This document shows positions 7,965-17,576 of a DNA stretch of 64,000 bases, piece after piece. Under the pieces are notes generated by a model. The model searched no databases. It had not been told where the DNA came from and saw nothing but the letters and a program-made list of their open reading frames with translations. Each line of letters opens with the position of its first letter. Position 1 is the first letter of the stretch. A program made the translations under genes and the position numbers. The DNA is from Dehalococcoidia bacterium (lineage in GTDB: Bacteria; Chloroflexota; Dehalococcoidia; Lucifugimonadales; UBA3495), in the NCBI GenBank assembly GCA_965215975.1, contig OZ244136.1, forward strand, positions 3,413,281 through 3,477,280. Reading direction: 5' to 3'.

Positions 7965-10874
7965 TCAGGCCACAGCGTCCATCAAGATTTCTACCAGGTG
8001 CCTGGCGGGGCGCCCGGTGCCATGCTCCACCTGCTGGCGACAAGAGACACCCATAACGGCCACTTCCCACTCAGGACCCTTGTCGCGGATCGCTGGGAAC
8101 AATACCTGTTCTCCGATAGTCATGGAAATGTCGTAGTGTTCCTTCTCAAAGCCGAAGGAACCGGCCATTCCGCAGCAACCGGAATTAATCAACTCCACCT
8201 GGTAACCCGGCGCCAGGCTCAGAGCTGCCATAGATGTGCTTGTTCCCACCAGGGATTTCTGGTGGCAATGACCGTGGAACAAGACTTTTTTCTCCAGCGA
8301 AGTGAACGCCAGGTCAAGCTCACCCTTTTCCTGGAGCATAGCAAGGAACTCATCGATCATATAGCTGTGGTCGGCGACTTTGGCAGCACGTTCATCCTGG
8401 CAGAACTCCGGGTACTCGTCGCGGAAGGTTAGCAGGCAACTTGGTTCGCAGCCAATAATGGGGACTCCCTGGTCAGCAAAGGCATAGAGGCGGTCTACAT
8501 TGTATCTGGCGTGGGCCGCCGCCTCATCCAGCAGTCCCTTGGAAATCATGGGACGGCCGCAGCACTCGGCGTCAGCCAACTGGACTCGATAGCCGGCGGC
8601 CTCCAGCAGCTCCACGGCAGCAATGCCGATTTCCGGATAATTGTAGTTCATGAAGGTATCGTTAAAGAGAGCGACTGTACCCTTAGCCGTCCCCTTTAAA
8701 TTGGTGCCGGCCCGCGAATTGAACCACTGTGCCAGGGTGGGGCTGGCGAATTTGGGCAGCTGCCTTTTGGGATGAACACCCAGAAATGCGCTGGAAAAGA
8801 ATCGACCAATCGGGCTGCCTGCCCCAAAGTTAGCCAGCGACGCAAAGCGGCTGCCAATCCGGCTGAAACGCGCAATGTGGGCGAAGAACTTGTTGCGGAA
8901 AGGACGTTTGTTCGTTTTATAGTAGTTGTCGAGGAATTCATACTTGAGCTTTGCCATGTCCACGCCCGACTCACACTCGGACTTACAGGCCTTGCACTCA
9001 AGGCAGAGGTCCATGGCATCGTAGAGGCGCTTGTCGGTTATGGTGCCCTCGGGGAAATTGCCGGATAGTGCGGCCCGCAGCAAATTGGCCCGCCCCCTGG
9101 TGGAATGCTCCTCTTCCCTTGTGGCCATGAAGGACGGACACATGGTGCCGGTAAGCTTGCGGCAGGCCCCCATTCCGTTGCACATCTCCACCGCGCCGGC
9201 GAAGTTAGAATCCTGCGAGAAATCAAGACTGGTGCTCAGGGAAATGGCCTCGTATTCGGAGCCATAGCGCAGGTTTTCCCGCATAGGAGGGCAATCGATT
9301 ATCTTCCCCGGGTTCATTATTCCGTGGGGGTCGAAAGTGCTCTTCAAATCGCGGAAGGCCTGGTAAATCTCGGGGCCAAACATCTTTTCGGTCCACACAC
9401 CGCGGACGATGCCGTCCCCGTGCTCCCCGCTCATGGAACCGCCGAACTCCTTGACCAGGTCGCTGATTTCCTCGCCGATGGAGAGCATTTTTTCGATCCC
9501 TTCGGCGCTCTTCAGGCTAACCAGCGGCCTGATGTGGAGGCAGCCAACGCTGGCATGTCCGTAGTAGCCAGCTGTAGTATCGTGGTTGCGGACCACCTCG
9601 TCGAAGCGACGGACAAACTCACCCAGGTTTTCCGGGTCAACCGCCGGGTCTTCAACGAAGGGGATGGGTTTGGCGTCGCCGTGGGTGCTCATCAACAGTC
9701 CCAATCCGCCCTTTCGTATATTCCACACCATGTCCTGGTCGGCGCGGGCAAGCAGGTTAACGCAGGCATACCCCAACCGACGGCGGGCCATATCATCCTT
9801 CAGGTTCTCCATCTTGGACGTAAGCTCAGCTTCCGACTCACCGTAAAATTCCACCAGGAGCACCGCGCCGGGATCGCCCTGCACAAAAGCCATGTTCCGG
9901 GACTGCCCCATAGATTCTCGCGAGCGGTCCAGGACCATCTTGTCCAACACTTCCACCGAAGACGGGCCGTGATTCAGGACCTCCTTCGTTGCTTCGCTGG
10001 CCTCAAAGATGTCCCTGAAATGCAGAACGGAAAGAGACGTCATCGTCGGACGGGGAACCAGGTTTATTTTGGCCTCGTTTACCACACACAGGGTTCCCTC
10101 GGACCCAACCACCATCTTGGTCAGGTTAACCGGTTCCTCTCCCAGGAAGGAATCCAGGTTATAGCCACTCACCCGGCGCATTATCTTCGGATATCTGGCC
10201 TCGATTTCCGCCAGATTCTCGCGGGCTATTTGCAGTACGCCTCGGTAAATGTCCGATTCAAGCCCTTCCCCGTTTAGCTTGGTATCCAGTTCGTGGGGCT
10301 CCAGCGTCTGGAAGTGGGCCTGACTGGCGTCGGAAAGTACCACGTCCACTTCCTTAATATGGTCCAGAGTCTTTCCGTAAATAACTGAATGGGCGCCGCA
10401 GGTATTGTTGCCAATGCCTCCGCCAACACAGGCGCGGTTGGAAGTGGTGGGGTCGGGAGCATATTGAAGGCCGTAGGGAGCCAGGTAACGGTTTAGCTGG
10501 TCAAGGACAATCCCGGGCTGTACCCGAACCCAGCTTTCCTCCCGGTTCAGTTCTATCACCTGGTTAAGGTACTTGCTGAAGTCCATCACGATGGCGTGGT
10601 TAACCGATTGGCCAGCCAGTCCTGTACCGCCCGCTCGCGGGAGCACTGGTATTTCGTTCTCGCTGGCCAAGTCCACCACTGCCAGCACATCTTCAGCGCT
10701 GCGGGGAATAACAACGCCCACGGGTTCCATCTGGTAAATGCTGGCGTCGGTGCTGTACAACACGCGAGAAAAGGGATCAAAGCGTACTTCACCGGCAACT
10801 CGCCTTCGAAGTTCTTCTGCAATTTCGGTTCGCTCCGTGCCTTGAATCCTGCGACCCGCCGCGGTGGTGGCCAT
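7965..10874 (-). CDS. FAD-linked oxidase fused to Fe-S/CCG domains (YdiJ/GlcD-GlcF-like 2-hydroxyacid dehydrogenase)
   Basis: FAD_binding_4-like VLPRAGGTGLAGQSV, ferredoxin-type CLECKACKSEC and CNGMGACRK, and two CCG motifs (ECCGRPM, SGCCGMAGSFG). The start at 10874 is preceded by GGGAGGA; the track start at 10907 is less likely. Confidence 0.8.
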   Translation of the reverse strand: MATTAAGRRIQGTERTEIAEELRRRVAGEVRFDPFSRVLYSTDASIYQMEPVGVVIPRSAEDVLAVVDLASENEIPVLPRAGGTGLAGQSVNHAIVMDFSKYLNQVIELNREESWVRVQPGIVLDQLNRYLAPYGLQYAPDPTTSNRACVGGGIGNNTCGAHSVIYGKTLDHIKEVDVVLSDASQAHFQTLEPHELDTKLNGEGLESDIYRGVLQIARENLAEIEARYPKIMRRVSGYNLDSFLGEEPVNLTKMVVGSEGTLCVVNEAKINLVPRPTMTSLSVLHFRDIFEASEATKEVLNHGPSSVEVLDKMVLDRSRESMGQSRNMAFVQGDPGAVLLVEFYGESEAELTSKMENLKDDMARRRLGYACVNLLARADQDMVWNIRKGGLGLLMSTHGDAKPIPFVEDPAVDPENLGEFVRRFDEVVRNHDTTAGYYGHASVGCLHIRPLVSLKSAEGIEKMLSIGEEISDLVKEFGGSMSGEHGDGIVRGVWTEKMFGPEIYQAFRDLKSTFDPHGIMNPGKIIDCPPMRENLRYGSEYEAISLSTSLDFSQDSNFAGAVEMCNGMGACRKLTGTMCPSFMATREEEHSTRGRANLLRAALSGNFPEGTITDKRLYDAMDLCLECKACKSECESGVDMAKLKYEFLDNYYKTNKRPFRNKFFAHIARFSRIGSRFASLANFGAGSPIGRFFSSAFLGVHPKRQLPKFASPTLAQWFNSRAGTNLKGTAKGTVALFNDTFMNYNYPEIGIAAVELLEAAGYRVQLADAECCGRPMISKGLLDEAAAHARYNVDRLYAFADQGVPIIGCEPSCLLTFRDEYPEFCQDERAAKVADHSYMIDEFLAMLQEKGELDLAFTSLEKKVLFHGHCHQKSLVGTSTSMAALSLAPGYQVELINSGCCGMAGSFGFEKEHYDISMTIGEQVLFPAIRDKGPEWEVAVMGVSCRQQVEHGTGRPARHLVEILMDAVA

Positions 10875-11017
10875 CGCTATTCCTCCCCAAACGCAAATTG
10901 CGGACAAAGCTGCGTATTGACGGTTAGTTTATCACAGTAGCAACGGCAAATTGGCTTCCCAATTGGCGCCAGGAGAGTTGTCCCAACACCTGTTTTCGTT
11001 TGTAGTTGACCCTGCCC

Positions 11018-11029
11018 AATGTTAAACTT
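11018..11029 (+). promoter_or_regulatory. candidate extended -10 promoter, AATGTTAAACTT (TGtTAAACT)
   Basis: TGnTAAACT lies 66 nt upstream of the ATG at 11095. The identical 12-mer recurs at 15102-15113. Confidence 0.4.
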
Positions 11030-11094
11030 TCGCCTACCGTTCCTAGTCTGATTCGTCAGACGGTTTGCCCCCGAAAAAGCAGCCGGAGGGTGTT

Positions 11095-12474
11095 ATGGCA
11101 ATCCATACAGAAGACAGTGTAAAAGACCTCCAGCGTACTGCACTGGAAAATCTCTGGGTCTACCTGCGAGAGCCCAGCGATATGGCGGAGAAGGGAGAGC
11201 CCCAGATCTTCGTGGAGGGCAAGGGCTGCAAGGTAACCGATGCCCTGGGCAATACTTACATTGATGCCATGTCGGGCCTTTGGCTAAAGAACATTGGTTA
11301 TGGTCAAACGGAGGTCGCCGACGCTGCATACGAGCAGATGCTCAAGATTACCTATATGCCGATGGGTACCACCACGGAACCGGCAGTGCGGTTGTCAGAA
11401 AAGATCGCCTCCATCACCCCCGGCGACCTTTCCCGCTGTTTCTTCACCAGCGGAGGGTCCGAGTCCGTTGAGACGGCTCTGAAGCTGTCCCGTGCCTACT
11501 TCAAGAGGATAGGAGAGCCTGAACGCACCAAGTTCATCAGCAGGAAAGACTCCTATCACGGAGCCACCTTCGGCGCTCTGGCGCTGGGGGGAAATTTCCT
11601 TTACCCCAAGACCGACTATGAACCCCTGATGCCCGGCTCTTTCCACGCTCCCCAACCTAACTTCTATCATTGCGAGTTCAACAGCAGCACTCCCGAGGAG
11701 TGCGGCCAGCGCTGCGTGGACGCAATCGAGAACATAATCCGTTTCCAGGGACCCGAGACCATCGCCGCCGTCGTGGCCGAACCCGTCTCCAGTCCCTTGG
11801 GCGCGGTGGTTCCCCCGGACAATTATTGGCCACTGCTGAGGGAGTTGTGCGACAAGTACGGCTGCCTGCTGATAGCTGACGAAGTAATCACCGGCTTTGG
11901 CCGAACTGGCAAGATGTTCGCCTGCGAGCATTGGGGCATTACGCCGGACATGATGACGGTCGCCAAGGGCATCACCAGCGGCTACATTCCCATGGGCGGG
12001 GCCATCCTCCGCAAGCCCATCGCCGATGCCTTCGTGGGCGGGCCTAATGCGGCTTTTCGCCACGTAATTACATTTGGCGGCCACCCGGTAGCAGCCGCTG
12101 CTTCCCTCAAGAACCTGGAAATTATGGAACGCGAGGGAATGGTGGAAAACTCAGCTCGAATGGGTCAATACCTGCTGGACGGCTTGGAAGAGCTTAAGCA
12201 GAAACATTCCATCATTGGCAACGTCCGTGGCCTGGGCCTGATGTGCGGTCTGGAACTGGTAAAGGACCGGGAGACCAGGGAACATTTCCCGTCAGATGCC
12301 GACCTGGGTCCGCGGCTCACCCAGGGGTTCGCCGACGACGGGCTGTTCCTCCGGGGCGGAGACGTGATGAACATCATGCCGCCACTTTGTGTTACTCCTG
12401 GCGAGATCGAACAGATCGTCTCCACGATGGACCAGGCAATCGGTAAGGTAGCCAGTGACCTGGGCGCCGCCTGA
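11095..12474 (+). CDS. class III (omega-type) pyridoxal-phosphate aminotransferase
   Basis: Motifs SGGSESVETALKL, DEVITGFGRTGKMFA and the PLP-lysine region MTVAKGITSGY. ATG 11095 is preceded by GGAGGG. Confidence 0.85.
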   Translation: MAIHTEDSVKDLQRTALENLWVYLREPSDMAEKGEPQIFVEGKGCKVTDALGNTYIDAMSGLWLKNIGYGQTEVADAAYEQMLKITYMPMGTTTEPAVRLSEKIASITPGDLSRCFFTSGGSESVETALKLSRAYFKRIGEPERTKFISRKDSYHGATFGALALGGNFLYPKTDYEPLMPGSFHAPQPNFYHCEFNSSTPEECGQRCVDAIENIIRFQGPETIAAVVAEPVSSPLGAVVPPDNYWPLLRELCDKYGCLLIADEVITGFGRTGKMFACEHWGITPDMMTVAKGITSGYIPMGGAILRKPIADAFVGGPNAAFRHVITFGGHPVAAAASLKNLEIMEREGMVENSARMGQYLLDGLEELKQKHSIIGNVRGLGLMCGLELVKDRETREHFPSDADLGPRLTQGFADDGLFLRGGDVMNIMPPLCVTPGEIEQIVSTMDQAIGKVASDLGAA

Positions 12475-12585
12475 CGTCTCACCGAAAAGGCTGGCAAAAA
12501 TTCATAGTGGCCTGATGGACGAACTCCGGCCCGCGCGCTCGAAAGAGAGGGCCGGGCACTGAAACCCCCAGAAGGAGGCGGCGAA

Positions 12586-13515
12586 ATGCCCGATAACCTT
12601 CCTTCCCAGGAAAATATCGCCTTTTTCAATGGACAACTGCTGCCGGAAAGGGATGTAGGAATTTCGATTCGCGACCGAGGGTTCATCTACGGAGACGCAG
12701 TTTTTGACGCCACTCGCACATTCAACGGCCAGACATTCAAGCTCCGGGAACATGTAGAACGACTGTACAATTCGTTGCGCTACCTTCGGATTGACCCGGG
12801 TATAGACCCTGCAAAAATGGAGCGGTGGTCCCTTGAAGTAGTAAACCACAACTATCCTCTGCTGCCCCCGGGTCAGGATATGTGGGTAATGCAGCGGATC
12901 AGTCGCGGCGTCGAATCGTCGGAGCCGGGAGCGGAGTCGCGACCCACCGTTCTGATTGAAAGCCACGCCATACCTTTCGCTCGTCGAGCCTCTCTTTACC
13001 GCGATGGTATCAGGGTCGTAACGCCTTCCGTACCGCGCATCCCTCCCCGGTTTGTCAGTCCCCGGGCCAAGACTCACAATTATCTGAACCTGATCATGGG
13101 AGAACTGGAGGTCCACGAGACTGACCCCGATGCCTGGGCCGTGCTGCTGGACGAGTCAGGCAACCTTACTGAAGGCAAGGGCAGCAATATTTTCTTGGTC
13201 AAGGACGGCACTGTAGCTACACCCCAAGGTCGTTTCGTGCTGGAGGGTATCACTCGCAGCGCAGTGCTGGACCTGGCGTCCGGCCTCAGCCTGCCTGTTG
13301 CCGAGGAAGACCTCGACTTGTTCGACGCCTATACTGCCGACGAAGCTTTTCTCACTTCCACCAGCCTGTGCATCTGTCCCATTTCTTCCATAAACGGAGC
13401 CAGGATAGGAGACGGCAAGGTGCCAGGGCCCGTTACCAATCAACTGATGGCCGCGTTCAGCGATATGGCTGGAATGGATTATGTGAACCAATACCTGTCG
13501 CACTTGCCTTCCTGA
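12586..13515 (+). CDS. class IV aminotransferase (branched-chain / D-amino-acid aminotransferase family)
   Basis: EGKGSNIFLVKDGTV and LEGITR motifs. RBS GAAGGAGG upstream. Confidence 0.8.
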   Translation: MPDNLPSQENIAFFNGQLLPERDVGISIRDRGFIYGDAVFDATRTFNGQTFKLREHVERLYNSLRYLRIDPGIDPAKMERWSLEVVNHNYPLLPPGQDMWVMQRISRGVESSEPGAESRPTVLIESHAIPFARRASLYRDGIRVVTPSVPRIPPRFVSPRAKTHNYLNLIMGELEVHETDPDAWAVLLDESGNLTEGKGSNIFLVKDGTVATPQGRFVLEGITRSAVLDLASGLSLPVAEEDLDLFDAYTADEAFLTSTSLCICPISSINGARIGDGKVPGPVTNQLMAAFSDMAGMDYVNQYLSHLPS

Positions 13516-13584
13516 CACCTCGGTGGCAGCCGGAATGCCCGGAGCCGACAGCGCTCCCCTAAATCATGCAGCATGGAGGTCACC

Positions 13585-14454
13585 ATGGCGGACAACTTGG
13601 ACCGGATTGTAGAAACATCGACTGCGGAATGCCTGGCTACCGGGTTCGTATTCACTGAAGGCCCCCTCTGGCATCCCGACGGCTATTGGCTGTTCGTGGA
13701 CGTTCGAAGGGAGCCGGGCGCCATCTTTAAGCTGGTCCCTGGCGGCCAAACCGAAATCTTTCGGGAACCTAGCAACGGTTCCAACGGCCTTACCTTCGAT
13801 CTGGAAGGGAGGCTGGTTATGTGCGAGGGCGACGGACGGCGAATGAGTCGCCGGGAGCACGATGGCACCATTACACCCCTTGCAGAGCAGTGGGAAGGCA
13901 AGCGCCTCAACCGGCCCAATGATGTGGTCTGCCACTCCGACGGCAGCATCTACTTCACCAACCCGGGAGGCCGTGTGCCTGCCGAAGAACGTGAGATTGA
14001 CTTCAGTGGCGTTCATCGCATCGCGCCCGATGGTACGGTCACAGCAGCTATTACCGACACCGAGTACCCCAACGGCCTCGCCTTCTCACCCGACGAAACT
14101 GTTCTGTACGTTACAAATACACGCGAAAGAATGTACATCGCGGCCTACGATGTGCTTCCGGATGGAACGGGATCAAATGGCCGGGTCTTCGCCGACATGT
14201 CTTCGGACGAGCCCGACGGCGTACCTGACGGAATGAAGGTCGATTCGGCAGGGAACGTCTACAGCACCGGCCCCGGCGGCTGCTGGGTCTTTGATGCTCT
14301 TGGTAATCATCTTGGCATAATTCGCCTGCCGGAAATTCCCGCCAACTGCGCCTGGGGCGGTCCCGACAACCGCACCATGTTCTTCACGGCCCGAACGTCG
14401 GTGTACACCTTGCGGATGCAGAATACCGGAATCTCCCCGTGGCGCGGGGGCTAG
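13585..14454 (+). CDS. SMP-30/gluconolactonase/LRE family protein
   Basis: TEGPLWHPDG, NRPNDVVCHSDGSIYFTNP, PNGLAFSPDE and PDGMKVDSAGNVY repeats typical of this six-bladed propeller family. GGAGG lies 5 nt before ATG 13585 (alternative start 13573). Confidence 0.8.
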   Translation: MADNLDRIVETSTAECLATGFVFTEGPLWHPDGYWLFVDVRREPGAIFKLVPGGQTEIFREPSNGSNGLTFDLEGRLVMCEGDGRRMSRREHDGTITPLAEQWEGKRLNRPNDVVCHSDGSIYFTNPGGRVPAEEREIDFSGVHRIAPDGTVTAAITDTEYPNGLAFSPDETVLYVTNTRERMYIAAYDVLPDGTGSNGRVFADMSSDEPDGVPDGMKVDSAGNVYSTGPGGCWVFDALGNHLGIIRLPEIPANCAWGGPDNRTMFFTARTSVYTLRMQNTGISPWRGG

Positions 14455-14690
14455 TCGGGAAAGGTGTTGCCGAAGGGCTGGAAATCATTTTCGACTGGCG
14501 ACCGGGAACCGGTGTGGAACGAATTGTTGACCGCGCTCCCTGTAGTCTTGAACAGACTATTCACTTCGCTGGAAAAGCCGTGTGGGGGAATAAAGGTGGA
14601 CTATCCCACTCTGGGAAGAAAGAGAGTTTGGGCCTGATCAATGGGCTATATCACAACCGCTGAAACTCCATCAATCGGCAACATTTACGA

Positions 14691-15062
14691 ATGATCTGGC
14701 TCCTCGTTGCCGCCGGCGGCGCTGCCGGTTCAGTATTGCGATTAGCCGCGGGACGGGTTGCCGTTCACTTCCTTGGATCCGGCACGGTATGGGGAACTTT
14801 CTTCGTAAATGTAACCGGTTCCTTCTTACTGGGCTTCTTTCTTGCCTATGCTCTCCAGAGAAATAATATTTCCGCCGATATTAGGGCGATGGTTGCTGTT
14901 GGGGTTCTGGGAGGATACACAACCTTCTCCACCCTCAGCTACGACACTGTTCGCCTGTTGGAATCGGGCGAGCTAACGCGGGCAGGCTTGTACATTGGCG
15001 CCAATCTATTGATTGGATTGGGAGCAGCATATCTGGGCATTCTCTCGGGACGGGCGGTGTAG
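14691..15062 (+). CDS. crcB: fluoride ion channel CrcB/FluC
   Basis: 123-aa four-helix protein with GTFFVNVTGSFLLG and GGYTTFSTLS motifs. Confidence 0.9.
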   Translation: MIWLLVAAGGAAGSVLRLAAGRVAVHFLGSGTVWGTFFVNVTGSFLLGFFLAYALQRNNISADIRAMVAVGVLGGYTTFSTLSYDTVRLLESGELTRAGLYIGANLLIGLGAAYLGILSGRAV

Positions 15063-15101
15063 GTGCGGTGGCACATCCACTTCTTGTTACCCGTATTGGC
15101 G

Positions 15102-15113
15102 AATGTTAAACTT
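15102..15113 (+). promoter_or_regulatory. candidate extended -10 promoter, AATGTTAAACTT
   Basis: Same 12-mer as at 11018-11029, 104 nt upstream of the PAC2 gene start. Confidence 0.35.
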
Positions 15114-15216
15114 GTACGTGAAAGACTCCTCCACTGACTTTCCCTCTAACTAATCCATTGATTTTCTCCCGGGGATCAGACCCGCGCCGCCGGGAATCTT
15201 CCAACAAGGCTGTCTG

Positions 15217-16116
15217 ATGAGCTATTTGAACCTCCACGGGAAACCGGACAAGAAGTTTGACCACCTGATCATTGCCTTTGCCGGGTGGCCCGACGCCGGA
15301 GAGAGCGCCACCTCCAGTTTGAAGTACATGCTGCGCGACCTGGGGGCCACCAAATTCGCCGACATTGACCCCGAGGAATTCTACGACTTTACCCAGGAAC
15401 GTCCGAGGTCATATCGCACCCGTGACGGACGGCGCCGGGTGCGCTGGCCCTCAAATGAATTTTATTACTGGTTGCCGCAGCAGCCCGCAACGTCAGGCTC
15501 TTCCAAGGGTGCCCTCTTTTTCATGGGAGTCGAGCCAAACCTGAAGTGGCGCACCTATTCGGAAACCATCGCCAACCTGGCCCTGGACCTGGGTGTGAGA
15601 ACTGTGGTGCATATGGGTGCCCTGCTTGACGCCGTTCCCCATACCAGGCAAGTAAAGCTTACCGGGTCATCAACCCTGCCCTTGTTACAGGAAGCGCTGG
15701 AATCGGCGAACATTGGAACTTCAAACTACCAGGGACCAACGGGAATCAGCACCTCGGTAATGGAAACCTGCACCAAGAAGGGCATGAGTTACGCCTCTCT
15801 CTGGGGCCACACTTCTCATTACCTCCAGGCGGCGCCCAACTACCGGGTTTGCTATACCCTGGCAGATACCATTTCCAGGATCCTGCAACTCCCGGTTAAC
15901 CTGAAGGAATTGCGCTCGGCGGCAGATAAGTTCGACCAGGAAGTGATTCAGGCAATTGGAAAGGACGATCAACTCGAGAGTTACGTCAAGAAACTGGAAG
16001 ACCGTTACGACGAATCTCTCGCCGACAGTCCCATGCCGGAACCGGCAGACGTAGTGCGGGAACTGGAGCAGTTCCTACGTTCGGAGCAGCGCAGGAACTT
16101 TGGGGGAGCGAGTTAG
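15217..16116 (+). CDS. PAC2 (proteasome assembly chaperone 2-like) family protein
   Basis: N-terminal LIIAFAGWPDAGESATSSLKYM resembles the conserved PAC2 family start seen in actinobacterial proteins. 299 aa. Confidence 0.55.
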   Translation: MSYLNLHGKPDKKFDHLIIAFAGWPDAGESATSSLKYMLRDLGATKFADIDPEEFYDFTQERPRSYRTRDGRRRVRWPSNEFYYWLPQQPATSGSSKGALFFMGVEPNLKWRTYSETIANLALDLGVRTVVHMGALLDAVPHTRQVKLTGSSTLPLLQEALESANIGTSNYQGPTGISTSVMETCTKKGMSYASLWGHTSHYLQAAPNYRVCYTLADTISRILQLPVNLKELRSAADKFDQEVIQAIGKDDQLESYVKKLEDRYDESLADSPMPEPADVVRELEQFLRSEQRRNFGGAS

Positions 16117-16200
16117 CCAGCTACGAAAGAATGAGGGTGCTTGGAACGCGCCCCGAAGCGGAGCTTTTTAACAGGTACTATCCCCAAGTCCAATCCATAA

Positions 16201-17082
16201 TTGCGGAGTTGGCTTGTGCCGGCAAAAGCCTCCAAAACCGAAGAAAAGGCTGTGGTAAAATCTCCCAGTCCCACTCCCCGCCGGCGTGGGCGCAGGAAAG
16301 CCGTGCCGACCATCGCCATCAACGAAGCTATCCGGTTGATGACAGAGGAATACGGACCCTTTCCCGATGAACCCCGTCTCGACCCTGTCCACGAACTGAC
16401 CTTTACAATTCTTTCCCAGCACACCTCCGACACCAACTCTGAACGGGCGTTTCGCAGCTTGATGCTAGAATTCGGTTCGCTTGAGGCAGTCGCCGCTGCT
16501 GATGTGTCGAGAATAGAGTCGGCAATCAGCGGTGGCGGGCTTGCAAAGATCAAGGCTCCCCGAATCAAGCAGGTGCTGTCCCGGATATTGGAGTTGAACG
16601 GCACGCTAGATCTTTCCTTCCTGCGGGAAATGCCCCTGGAAGATGCCAAGGCATGGCTCCGGCAACTGCCAGGCATCGGACCCAAGTCTGCCGGCATAAT
16701 ATTGAGCTTTTCCCTCGGTATGCCGGCCATGGCAATCGACACCCACATTTACCGGGTCTCCCAGCGGATGGCCCTGATAGGCCCCAAAGTTTCAGTAGAC
16801 AAAGCCCACGACCTATTGGAAGCGGCCGTAGAACCGGAGCAGGTTTATCCCTTCCACCAGGCATTTATCAACCACGGCAGAACGGTTTGCAAAGCCCAGC
16901 GGCCCCGCTGCCAGGAATGCGTGGTTGGACACGGTTGCCCTTCCCGTGAGCAGTTCATAAAGGCGTCCGAAAAAAAGAGCACGGCAGCCGCAAAAGCAAA
17001 GGTAAGGCAAACCAAGTCCACCGAAACAAAGCGAACCAGGGTGGCCACTCAAGCCCCCCATGCTTACCCAACGATTGAGTGA
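16201..17082 (+). CDS. nth: endonuclease III-like HhH-GPD DNA glycosylase with basic N- and C-terminal tails
   Basis: HhH motif LPGIGPKSAGIIL, catalytic-Asp region IDTHIYRV, and the Fe-S cluster loop C-x6-C-x2-C-x5-C (CKAQRPRCQECVVGHGC). The start is uncertain (TTG 16201 or GTG 16216). Confidence 0.8.
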   Translation: MRSWLVPAKASKTEEKAVVKSPSPTPRRRGRRKAVPTIAINEAIRLMTEEYGPFPDEPRLDPVHELTFTILSQHTSDTNSERAFRSLMLEFGSLEAVAAADVSRIESAISGGGLAKIKAPRIKQVLSRILELNGTLDLSFLREMPLEDAKAWLRQLPGIGPKSAGIILSFSLGMPAMAIDTHIYRVSQRMALIGPKVSVDKAHDLLEAAVEPEQVYPFHQAFINHGRTVCKAQRPRCQECVVGHGCPSREQFIKASEKKSTAAAKAKVRQTKSTETKRTRVATQAPHAYPTIE

Positions 17083-17537
17083 GCAACACTCCTTCCCATC
17101 GTCCCCGACTTCCCCATCGCTGAACTGATTCGCCATCGCCGCCCAGTGCAATTGCAAGCGGGTCCCATTGGTGGTCATTCTTGATTATTCGCGTATCAAC
17201 CCTTCACTCAATTACTTGGCGGGCAAACATACAATGGGTCCGCTGAAAACCGGGACTGGACAGCCCTTGTTACCCCCTTCTACCATGGTTTATGTAACGC
17301 CGTACGCCCCTTCCCTGTACCGGCTACCCACCGGCAGAGAGTCATTGGGGGAAGTGGTGGGAGAAGTGTTTTCCTTCATGTTTATTCAGGATTCCTGTTC
17401 CCAGGCGGCAAATGGGTGGAAATGAGCGAAAATGGCGGGAAAGTTAAATTTTCTGCGCCACCCTGCCGTCGGTCAATTCCGTCCGGCAAAGCCCGGCACT
17501 TGAAATGCGTTATACCTGCCAGGTCGTTCCGGACACG

Positions 17538-17566
17538 TTGGCATACTTGCTCCAATGTAGTAGAAT
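17538..17566 (+). promoter_or_regulatory. sigma70-type promoter TTGGCA-N17-TAGAAT for tRNA-Glu
   Basis: Near-consensus hexamers with a 17-nt spacer. The -10 element ends 10 nt before the tRNA 5' end. Confidence 0.55.
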
Positions 17567-17576
17567 CTTGTTGTGT

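Noticed and set aside
9105-10277. Long antisense ORFs opposite well-supported genes. Examples are 9105-10277 opposite the YdiJ-like gene, 3782-4828 opposite the amidase, 43062-44063 opposite the Mo-hydroxylase, 16113-16748 opposite nth, and 27200-27949 opposite prfA.
   Set aside because: The opposite strands carry unambiguous family motifs. The antisense translations are Arg/Gly/Pro-rich with no recognisable domains.
14455-14690. A fluoride riboswitch (crcB motif) was expected in the 236-nt region upstream of crcB.
   Set aside because: I could not find the conserved GGnGAUGG...CC / AACCGCC / GCUGAUGAUnCCUAC elements. One weak alternative exists: a GGGA...UCCC stem whose GGUGGA loop could pair with UCCAUC about 60 nt downstream. 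Its spacing and sequence are far from the consensus. An Infernal RF01734 scan would settle it.
17083-17576. A tRNA-Sec (UCA anticodon) or other selenocysteine machinery gene that would support the selenoprotein call.
   Set aside because: The only TTCAA-type loop candidates in intergenic regions have 3-bp stems and no cloverleaf. No selA, selB or selD-like ORF is in the window. This absence is uninformative because these genes are usually unlinked.
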